A DNA stretch of 64,000 nucleotides from Mobula birostris (taxonomy: Eukaryota). Positions 1 through 9,195 of this stretch are shown here, piece by piece (positions within the stretch are counted from its first letter, which is position 1; each line of letters starts with the position of its first letter). A program made the translations under genes and the position numbers. The stretch spans positions 32,545,684 through 32,609,683 of the forward strand of contig NC_092388.1 of NCBI RefSeq assembly GCF_030028105.1, given 5' to 3'. The notes beneath the pieces are model-generated. The model searched no databases. It was not told the DNA's origin and saw nothing but the letters and a program-made list of their open reading frames with translations.

Positions 1-270
1 AGTGTCTGCCATATGTCAGAAACAAGCAGGAGAAGTGGGATCATGGCTGTCCCAGAACCAGGAGCTACATGTCAGGTTTTGATAATCATTTTTTCCCTCA
101 CACAACCAAAGGCTTTGCCAACTGAAGGCCATGGTGAACTTCTTCAATGCCTGCCTTTGTTGAGAGGTGGCTTCCAAGATACGGGAAGCAGTAAGTAGTC
201 CAAGCTTTCTGGCCCTTCACTGTGGGAAGGTGGTAATCTCCAGGGACAGATTGTCAGACTACCTTTGTTC
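1..270 (-). mobile_element. Degenerate RTE-clade LINE fragment (C-terminal RT region)
   Basis: Minus-strand translation FPYLGSHLSTKAGIEEVHHGLQ resembles the RTE F.YLGS.L.....I..EI..RL motif; stops follow. Confidence 0.6.
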
Positions 271-779
271 CTCAGACTCTGAGACCCGTTTTCTTCTATA
301 ATTTAGTGAACAGGCCAACAATGACTTAGAGCTCACACATATTGAAAGCATCATTACTGAACATTGAGTGCTTAGCCTGAAAATAAAACCCAGATGTGAG
401 AGTTCAGAGTGTAAGAGACAAAACTCCAGCTATGGTGAAAAGTCCTACTTTCTCCTCTTCTTCCCTGCTCCATCCCTTATACTGTCCTCTTCCTCCAGTC
501 TATCTTTGCACTCTGAGACTCATCTGCTATCCAGATTCCAACTCTGTCCCATTCAACATCCCTTCCCCTCAACTGCCAACAATATCCTCTCTCCTTTCAA
601 CTCCCCCCCCCCGTTTTTATTTAACTTCCGGCTCCCTATCTCTTATCTACTCCCCACTTCCTATCGCCTATCCTTCCATATTGCTATCTTCCATCCAGTT
701 CCTTCGATCTCTCCCGGTCGCCCCGCCCTCAGATCATCAACAATCATAGCCACAGAGCACCGAGACAGGCTCACTGGCC

Positions 780-876
780 CAGCAACGCAAAACGCTGGAA
801 GAACTCCGCAGGTCAGGCAGCATCTACGGAAAAGAGTAAACAGTTGACGTCTCGGGCCGAGACCCGTCTTCAGGCG
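780..876 (-). mobile_element. Penelope-like element terminal fragment with degenerate hammerhead motif
   Basis: Same terminal repeat as copies at 4826, 7862, 41933 and 48056; minus strand CTGAAGA-CGGGTCTCGGCCC-GAGA-CGTC (GAAA changed to GAGA). Confidence 0.65.
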
Positions 877-877
877 A

Positions 878-1142
878 CACGGCAGCGCAGTGGTTAGCGC
901 AACGCTTGACCGTACCAGTGAAGTAGGTTAAGTTCCCGCCGCTGCCTGTAATGAGTTTGTACATTCTCCCCGTGAACGCGCGGATTTCCTCTGGTTTCCT
1001 CGTACCGTCCAAAGGCGTGCCAGTTGGTAGGTGAATGAGTCATTGTAAATTGCCCTGTGATTAGGCCAGGATTAGATTGGGGCATTGCTGGATGCTGTAG
1101 CTCGAAGAACCAGAAAGCCCACTCCGTGCAATGTGACAGTAA
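878..1142 (+). mobile_element. tRNA-derived SINE (V-SINE/HE1-like)
   Basis: A-box-like GCAGTGGTTAGC head followed by gagtttgtacattctccccgtg...gatttcctctgg V-domain-like core; related copies at ~42.1-42.47 kb and ~56.07-56.29 kb. Confidence 0.65.
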
Positions 1143-1149
1143 GCAGATA

Positions 1150-2190
1150 CATTTCCACTATCCGCAGATTTCCCCGTCATTGGCCCACCATGTCTTGCCG
1201 CCTTTCTATCCACCTACACCAACTCCATGCAGCCACGTCGTTTTCTCCTTCACCCTGACAACGCCTCTTCACAATGTCCGGTCCACTGAAGATCACCCCA
1301 CTCCCCTCGCTTCACCTCCAGCCGGATTCTGTCGCGCATTTCTTGGTTGGTTCCTGGTTCACCCTACCCGGCCCATCACCCTTTTAATTCGGTTTGCGCT
1401 GCACACCTGTACGTGCTCTATCTCCCATCCTGTCAGGCTAGGTGAAAGCTCCGTTTCATCCTGCTCGTTTTGCGCTTCTCCCTTGTCAGACTCTTCCTGC
1501 TTCCTCTTATCCGGTGAGCTGGCGTGTCACTCTGCGCTCTTTACTGTACATTCCTCGCATCACCAGTCGCCCCTTTCTCACTGCTGCTTCCTGCGACCGA
1601 TTACTGTTTTAAGTTTATTGGGTCGTTGCTCTTTAACTAAAGCGTTTCTGCTCCTGGTCCATCCTACGGGGATGTCTTCTTCCTTTCAGATTCGCTTGAG
1701 CTGTGCTGTTCATTTCAGGTCCACGTTTTACCTTCAGATCCACATGCAGTCCGCCTGATCCACTGCTGCTACCTGTGTGCGCTACACACGGCTCGCCCGC
1801 CCGTCTCGACCTGGTAAGTCATCTTGGACATCCGCACATTGCCCGGTTTATTTCCAGTCACTCTGCGCTCCATGCTTGTTCTCTGCAGCCGATGACGCTT
1901 GCCGTATCGCTCCGGCCATCCCTGCTGCTAGTTCATTCCACACGACCCGCTAGGACATCACTCAGGTCAGTTTTCAGCTCCTGTGAGGTCGGCTTGTGTT
2001 CCTCCCTGCCTTCTCACCTTTCACTTCTGCAGCAGCTCTACCTCCCTGTCAGTTTTGCCCGAGCTCCAGACTGCTGGGTCTGCATCCATCCCGCCACCTC
2101 TGCACTTCTCCCGGTCGCCCGCTATCCCGTGCCGTACACGGATCGCCTCCTGTTACCCTGCGGCTCATTGCTTTTGCACGTTTGTTAATT
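1150..2190. repeat. Unclassified CpG/pyrimidine-rich degenerate module, inverted paralog of ~6060-6700
   Basis: Internal diverged repeats (ctggttcaccctac 1354, ctggtccatcctac 1654, ctagttcattccac 1928; tcactctgcgctc at 1527 and 1858) and reverse-complement similarity to 6060-6700. Confidence 0.55.
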
Positions 2191-2222
2191 ATTGTCTCGC
2201 TTTCAGATCTGTATGTTCTCCT

Positions 2223-2255
2223 CTCCAGTTCCATGTCTTTCCACTAGGCGGCACC
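2223..2255 (+). promoter_or_regulatory. Candidate CTCF site (core plus upstream motif)
   Basis: CCACTAGGCGGCACC (2241-2255) is one mismatch from CCASYAGRKGGCRS; preceded by CTCCAGTTCC at spacing typical of the CTCF upstream motif. Confidence 0.45.
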
Positions 2256-2616
2256 ATTGTATTTTCTATTCCCAGCGCAAATCTTGGTTCACTGGGCAAA
2301 CCCAATAGAACATTAAAATACACAAAGATCAGCCGCTGTAATTTAGTACTGTTTTTCGGCTCATTCGTATCACAGTGATGAGTTCTTGCAAATAGTCATA
2401 GAGTCATGTTTAATGTTCAATGGCTTTGTTGGTTACACACCTTTGGATCTGAATCACAGTAAAGGAGGAATTCCATTGTTATCAGTCTAGGACTAAGGTG
2501 CAGTATCTAAAAGCGACGCAGTTCAGGTTCACGGGCCTAAATTTGCAGTGCCAATAATAAAGGAATGCAATGCTCTGACAGAAATGACAAATTTGTCATT
2601 TTAAATTACATAACCT

Positions 2617-3300
2617 AGAACATAGACTAGTACAGCACAGTACAGGCCCTTCGGCCCACAATGTTGTGCCGACCCTTAAACCCTGCCTCCCAGATACCCC
2701 CCCCACCTTAAATTCCTCCATATACCTGTCTAGTAATCTCTTAAATTTCACTAGTGTATCTGCCTCCACCACTGACTCAGGCAGTGCATTCCACATACCA
2801 ACCACTCTGAATAAAAAACCTTCCTCTAATATCCCCCTTGAACTTCCTACCCCTTACCTTAAAGCCATGTCCTCTTGTACTGAACAGTGGTGCCCTCGGG
2901 AAGAGGTGCTGGCTGTCCACTCTATCTATTCCTCTTAGTGTCTTGTATACCTCTATTGAAAGGCCTATATAGAGTGGGCATAGAGGAATGTTTCCTATAG
3001 TGGGCGACGGTAGAACCAGAGGGCACGGTCTCAGAATACAAGGACACCCCTTTAGAATGGAAATGAGGAGGAATTTCTTTAGTCATAGGGTGGTGAATCA
3101 CAGATAGCTGTGGAGGCCAAATAATTGGGAATATTTAACATGGAGGTTGAGGGGTTCTTGATTAGTAAGTGTGCCAAATGTTACCTGAAGTAAGAACGGA
3201 GTTGAGATGGATGATAAATCGGCCATAATCAAATGGCAGAGCAGACTCAATGGGATGAATGGCCCAATTCTACTCCTGTGCCTAATGGTCATGGTATTCA
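2617..3300. mobile_element. Two CR1 LINE 3' fragments (2617-2957 minus, 2958-3300 plus)
   Basis: WNALPESVVEADTLVKFKRLLDRYM CR1 ORF2 C-terminus, nearly identical to the copies ending at 18.4 kb and 29.7 kb, plus CR1 3' UTRs. Confidence 0.85.
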
Positions 3301-3454
3301 GAACAAGATTTCCTGTTTCTGCCAATATTCATTCCTGGACAATGTATTTCTGGGGACATTTTAATCTAGTTCTTCCATAGTTTTCAGAAAGGGAGAAAGG
3401 CAGGATAGAGCACAAGTGGACTTGATAAGAGGACAGCAGAGTGGAACTCAAACA

Positions 3455-3845
3455 CAAAGATCCTCACCATCCAGGCCAAGCACTTTTCTCGCTGCTGGCA
3501 TCAGGTAGAAGGTACAAATGCCTCAGCACTGGCACGACCAGATTCAAGCACAGTTACTACCCCTCAACCAACAGTCTCTTGTACAAAATGGGACTACCAC
3601 CCTCGTTCTACCTCTGTTGTTCCCACAACTGATGATCCCACTTTAAGGACTCTCTGTCTTGTTATTTCATGCTCTTGTTCTTTATTGCTAATTATTTATA
3701 TTTGCATTTGCACAGCTTGTTGTTCATTGATCCTGTTTACAGTTACTGTTCTATAGATTTGCTGAATATACTGGCAAAAAGAGAATCTCAGAGTTGTATG
3801 TGGGGACATACATGTACTCTGATATTAAATTTCACTTTGAACTTT
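3455..3845 (+). mobile_element. Rex1/L2-like LINE 3' fragment
   Basis: DPHHPGQALFSLLASGRRYKCLSTGTTRFKHSYYP C-terminal motif and tandem actttga tail. Confidence 0.7.
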
Positions 3846-3894
3846 AAACAAGAGATTATGCAGATAATGCACAATCTCTTGTTATATCAGAGAT

Positions 3895-4970
3895 GTCCTC
3901 TTTGTTCAAAGAACAGGGTTTCCCTTCCTCCACTATTGATGCTCCCCTCACCCACATATCCTTGAACATCCATGCTCACCCCATCTTCTTGCCACCTTAA
4001 CAGCGATAGAGTTCCTCTTGTCGTAACCTACCACCCCATGAGCCTCCCCAATCAACACATCATTCTCTGCAACTACCACCTATCACCAAACACATCCTTA
4101 CCTCCTCCTGACTCTCTGCATTCTACAGGGATCACTCCCTCCATTATTCCCTTGACCATTCACCCTTCCCACTAATCCCCCTCCCGGCACTTATCCCTGC
4201 AACCGGAAAGTGCTACACCTCCTCCCTCACCTCTATTCAGAGCCCCAGACAGCTCTTCGAGTGAGGCAACGCTTCACCTGCGGACCTACTGGGGTCGTCT
4301 ATCGTATCCGGTGCTCCCAATGTGGCCTCTCCTACATTGGTGAGACCATTGTAAAATGGGGGAAATGCTTCGTCAAGCACCTTTCTTCATTCGCCAAAAG
4401 CAGAGCTTCCCAGTGGCTAAATATTTTTAATTCCAATTCCCATTCCCATTCTGACATGTGCTTATCAATGGCTTCCTCTTGTGCCACAATGAGGCCATCA
4501 TCACGAGCAACACTTTATATTCCACCTGGGTAGCCTCCAACTTAATGGAATGAATATCAATTCCTTCTTCAGTTAAAAAAGTCCTTTCCCTCCCCTCTTC
4601 TTCTATTCCCACTCTGGTCTCTTACCTCTTCTCACCTGCCTATCACCTCCCTCCGGTGCCCCTCGTCCTTCCTTTTCTCTCACCGTTCACTCTCCTGTCC
4701 TTTCGGATTCCTTCCTCTCCAGCCCTTTTCCTTTCCCACCCACCTGGCTTCACCTATCACCTTCCAGCAATCCTCATTCCCTCCCCCCCCACCTTTTTAT
4801 TTTGGTCTCTTGCCCCTTCCTTTCCAGTCCTGAAGAAGGGTCTCAGCCTAAGATGTCGACTGTTTATTCATTTCTATGGATGCTGCCTGACCTGACGAGT
4901 TCCTCCAGCATTTTGCGTGTGTTGCTTTGAATTTCAGCGTCTGCAGAACCTAAACACGAGAAATTCTGCA
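3895..4970 (+). mobile_element. Penelope-like retroelement remnant (GIY-YIG endonuclease plus terminal repeat)
   Basis: RVPLVVTYHP and RFTC...VVYRIRCSQCGLSYIGET (GIY-YIG) in ORFs 3972-4175 and 4210-4533; terminal repeat with hammerhead-like CTGAAGA at ~4830. Confidence 0.8.
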
Positions 4971-5652
4971 TTTTGTGCATGTTATTGAGGGTGTAACTCA
5001 AGCTGACCTAAAAGAGAGAGAGTTTCGCGGACCATGTGGAACCAGGACTGGACAGAGCGAAAGGACCGATACAACAGAGACAGCAGAGACCCATACAATT
5101 TGGCACCAGCAGCCTCGCAGGAGCTGCCAGTCAGTATTAACTCCGCGAGGGACCTTAGGGACTCCAGCTTCGGATTTTTCCTTTTCCAGAAGTCTCCCCC
5201 AAGAGTGGATATAAAGACAAGGTAGCAGAGGTTGAGATTAGAGTTTTCCTTCTCCCAGATGAGCTGGCAATCATGGCTGACTAGCACCATTTCCCCGAAG
5301 CGACTAATTTTAAGGTGCCAGTAACTCACCTTTGCCCCTTCTCCTGTCAGTAGAAATAGATCAGCCAGGCTTAGTAGCTAATCCACACCTAAGGGCAGGA
5401 GTTGGTCTTGGTTGCCAAAGGATATCCGAGGCACACGCGGTTGGGAGCATTTACTAGGTAATGGGAGTTTATCTCCACTTTCACCTGGGCCATAACAACC
5501 TTAGGAACCATAGTGTACATACATTGATAATAAATGTACTTTGAACTTTGAAGCGGCTGACAAGGCAGAGCGAGGGGCACATGGTCAGTTAGTGACCACG
5601 GGAAGCACCGATGCATCAAGATGAAACCAAGCTGATTGGATACGGGCCTGGG

Positions 5653-6108
5653 CCGGCAGTATAGAGGTCAGGCGAGTCTGTAAGACCCGGCAGTATAGAG
5701 ATCAGGCCAGTCTGTAAGACCCGGCAGTATAGAGATCAGGCGAGTCTGTAAGACCCGGCCGGCAGTACAGAGATCAGGCGAGTCTGTAAGACCCGGCAGT
5801 ATAGAGATCAGGCGAGTCTGTAAGACCCGGCAGTATAGAGATCAGACGAGTCTGTAAGACCCGGCCGGCAGTACAGAGATCAGGCGAGTCTGTAAGACCC
5901 GGCAGTATAGAGATCAGGCGAGTCTGTAAGACCCGGCCAGCAGTACAGAGATCAGGCGAGTCTGTAAGACCCGGCAGTATAGAGATCAGGCGAGTCTGTA
6001 AGACCCGGCCGGCAGTACAGAGATCAGGCGAGTCTGTAAGACCCGGCAGTATAGAGATCAGGCGAGTCTGTAAGACCCAGCCGACAGTACAGAGATAAGG
6101 CGAGTCAG
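5653..6108. repeat. Minisatellite, 34/38-bp unit CCGGCAGTA(T/C)AGAGATCAGGCGAGTCTGTAAGAC, about 12-13 copies
   Basis: Directly visible near-perfect tandem array; the 38-bp variant carries 4 extra bases (CCGG). Confidence 0.95.
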
Positions 6109-6699
6109 TAAGGGAGCTTGAGCAGACTTTAAAGGGTGAAGGCCCAGCAGACGTGGAGGGTGATCCAGGGGCAGCGATGGGCAGAGTGAAAGGGCAAATA
6201 ACCCAAAAGTGTACATGTGCAATCGGTCGCCGGGCACCGCATGAAGAGGTGGGCGATTGGAAATGAACTGGGCAATGGCAGAGTGTGAAGGGTTACGAAC
6301 CAGCGGTACATGTCGGGAGAAACGTAAAGAGGCGAGAAGGCAGAGCGAACCCTGTGTCGGGCACAGAGGCAGCGAGCTAGCGAAAGAAGTACAGCGGCAG
6401 CCGGATGAAAAGTAACGGATCGGGCTGACCTGATGTGAACCCGGCAGCGTAGAGCTCAGGCAGACCTGAACGGAAGACAGCACGGCGGTGTGCAAGCCGA
6501 CCAAAGAGGGTAGTTAGTCTAGCGGACAGAGAAGGGTGAACCTGGCTCAGGGAGAGACAGGGCAAAAGGGGCAATTAACCAATAAAAGTGCGAGAGTAAT
6601 CGGCCGAAGAGTGCAGCAGGGAGAGCAGGCGTTTGGAAACACGGGGTTAATGGGCAGCCAGGAAAAGTGCAGAAGGCGCTGGATAAAATGGTGTGGGTC

Positions 6700-6899
6700 T
6701 AGCCGGTAGTCCCCTCCATTGGCGGAGGGAACGGCCCACCCCCCGCTCTGCCTCATCGGGTGTTGGCGCAGCGCTGGTGTGTGGAGCCGTTCAGCCGGAG
6801 CTGCTCGTCGGTCACGGGCCCTCCCGGAATTTTATCTGAGTGCCGGTTCCGCACAATCTGAGCCACCTCGCGTCGCCCCATTCAGAGATGCAGGTAGGT
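6700..6899 (+). promoter_or_regulatory. CpG-rich promoter-like region with candidate first exon and donor CAG|GTAGGT at 6893/6894
   Basis: High CpG density, reverse CCAAT (ATTGG 6718), GC-rich boxes, good 5' splice site preceded by ATG CAG; no downstream exon identified. Confidence 0.35.
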
Positions 6900-7754
6900 T
6901 GTGCGTGTACGGTGCTTCCGCTCCACGCCCTCCACTTCCTAGCCCTCACTTGTGAGTGAGAGGGGTCGCAAGTGGGAAGTCCCTTTATGAGGGAGCCCAT
7001 CCAATGTACGTCGGGGGAGCTGGAGTGAAGGCTGCCACATGAAGCTGTGCATTGTAACAAATGCATTAGTTTGAACGGGGATCGCCCAGCCGTGCGGACT
7101 GGACGGGACCGTATTCCATATGTACATGGAATGTGCGAGGCTGCAAGAGGAAATGCGAGTGTACCCGTCAGGAAGTCGGGAGGGTGGATACCTGTCACCT
7201 GGGACTAACCTTAGACCTTATTATGTCCTGGAAAACCATGTAGGGCGAACCTGAAACATGGATAGACAGAGAGTTGCCGGCAACTCACCTACATAAGAGT
7301 AGTCGGCTGCTGGATGCAACATGGAGAACAAAGTTATCAGGGCAGTCATCCTTCAAGGGGAAGTCGGAATGGGGAGAGGATGAATCCCGGTTCTTTATTT
7401 TGTGGGCAGACATCACACGCTAAGGCATATTCCTGGACATCTTTAGTCATGCCCGGCCACCAGTAACGTCTCTTGACGAACTCTCAAGTGTGAGCTCATC
7501 ACCCCGCCCCGGATGTCCAGCCAGATTCGAAGCGAGTCCCCAGGTGAGATATTCCGAACGAACAGGTTCGGGAATAAAGATACATCCGAGAGGACCATTA
7601 CCCGGGTCTGTCCCATGTTGCTCTGGGGCTCGGCGCACTATCAAGTCTACTTCCAGCGGATAGGCGCCATCGCTTCAGAACTGGTAATTATAGTTGAAGA
7701 GTTGTCTGTAATGGGACGGGTTGATCCGTCCCAAAAGACCCAAAGAATCCAGCG

Positions 7755-7990
7755 TCAACAACACAAACAACAGGAATTCAGCAGATGCTGGAAATTCAAG
7801 CAACACACATCAAAGTTGCTGGTGAACGCAGCAGGCCAGGCAGCATCTGTAGGAAGAGGTACAGTCGACGTTTCAGGCCGAGACCCTTCGTCAGGACTAA
7901 CTGAAGGAAGAGTTAGTAAGAGATTTGAAAATTGGAGGGGGAGAGGGAGATCCAAAATGATAGGAGAAGACAGGAGGGGGAAGGATGGAG
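7755..7990 (-). mobile_element. Penelope-derived terminal repeat insertion
   Basis: Family consensus caacacacatcaaagttgctggtgaacgcagcaggccaggcagcatc, shared with 8476, 41931, 47996 and 61680. Confidence 0.75.
7862..7899 (-). ncRNA. Minimal type I hammerhead ribozyme motif (Penelope-associated)
   Basis: TAGTC-CTGACGA-AGGGTCTCGGCCT-GAAAC-GTC-GACTG: stem I, CUGANGA core, stem II AGG/CCU, GAAA, palindromic ACGU stem III, GUC cleavage triplet. Confidence 0.75.
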
Positions 7991-8475
7991 GCAACAACAC
8001 ATTCTCTTCCCCTGTAGGTGCTTTGAATTGTCGAGAGAGGGCGCTGCGCAGCAAGAAATAAGGAATTTGAATCTATTAAAATAGGAACTAACCTGCCTGC
8101 CTTCGATTCAGCCTTTTTTGTGGTCGGTCCATACCACAAACAGATGTTTGGACCCCCTCAGCCAGTGCCCCCGCCCCTCCAGTGCCAGTCAATTCCTGAT
8201 TCCCAATGTCATAGTTTGCCAGGGATGCAGATTGAGGTCCGAGGCAGGTCATTGGGACAAAATGGCCCCACGTCCAACGCGGCGACCTCCGCCACTAAAG
8301 ATAAGTACGGATTTCGTGGGACTAGGGGAGGTGCAGATGTGAACCTTTGTTCTAACTCCTGAAAAGCCGCCTCGGCCGCTGGGTCCATTTCTTGGTCAGT
8401 TGGTGAGCTGCATCACCACTGAATTGAAATTGCGGACGAACAGCCTGAAAAAGTTGGCAAAACCTAATAAAAGAC

Positions 8476-8643
8476 TAACAACACACATCAAAGTTGCTGG
8501 TGAACGCAGCAACTTCGTCAGGGTCTCGGCCCGAAATGTCGACTGTACCTCTTCCTATAGATGCTGCCTGGCCTGCTGCGTTCACCAGCAACTTTGATGT
8601 GTGTTGCTTGAATTTCCAGCATCTGCAGAATCCCTCGTGTTTG
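8476..8643. mobile_element. Palindromic (head-to-head) Penelope-derived element
   Basis: acaacacacatcaaagttgctggtgaacgcagc ... gctgcgttcaccagcaactttgatgtgtgttg inverted arms around a broken hammerhead junction. Confidence 0.7.
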
Positions 8644-9195
8644 CACTAAAAAAAAGACTACAGGATTTGTTTCACACAGGTTGGTTGCGGCCGAATCCGG
8701 ATTGCCTGGGTCTAATCGGGGTCTATTTGAAGGCTGCCTTTAGATGTAACAAACCCATGGAAGTAAACTGTGGGCACATGGAATCTGCTCTTCTTGAGCT
8801 GAAGGAAAAGTTGATTATCGAGACGCTGTTGTCGAACCTGCTGGACAGCCTGGATGTGTTCCTGAGTGGACCAGGAGAAAATGAGTAGACAAAGCATTTT
8901 ACAGAGCGTGTCATTTATGAAGGCTTGAAATGCCGCTGGAAAGGCATGACCCGGTAGTCATCGTGGCCCCTAGGTGTGTTGAATGCCGTTTTCCATTCGT
9001 CTCCTTCACAAATGCGGTTATAGGCGTTAATGAGGTTCACTTTTAGTAAATAATGTAGCTCCTTGGCCGTGTTCACGAGAGGGAGAGGTCAGCGGTTTTT
9101 AGCAGTGATCGCATTTAGCCCCTCACTTTGAACAGGCGGTTTGGTATGTTTTTGCACAGACTTTCGCAAGGTCAAATCTATAACCAAACCTGACT

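Larger units (their letters stand above)
7150..9170 (-). mobile_element. Decayed Ty3/Gypsy LTR retrotransposon pol (RT, RNase H, probable integrase), interrupted by Penelope-derived inserts
   Basis: Minus-strand [34 protein letters not shown] (~8940-9040), EHIQAVQQV...FHVPTVYFHGFV...LQIDP (8712-8897), RNase H-like FTSAP...VAEVAALDVG (~8270-8350). Confidence 0.75.

Noticed and set aside
1057-2378. Long plus-strand ORFs (233, 161 and 131 aa)
   Set aside because: Overlapping frames in pyrimidine-rich, stop-poor sequence; no recognisable domain, and similarity to the paralogous module shifts frame.
5653-6108. CRISPR-like array of ~34-38-bp repeats
   Set aside because: Units are contiguous with no unique spacers, there are no cas genes, and the context is vertebrate; it is a minisatellite.
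7513-8061. 182-aa ORF
   Set aside because: Chance read-through of antisense Gypsy sequence and a Penelope insert.
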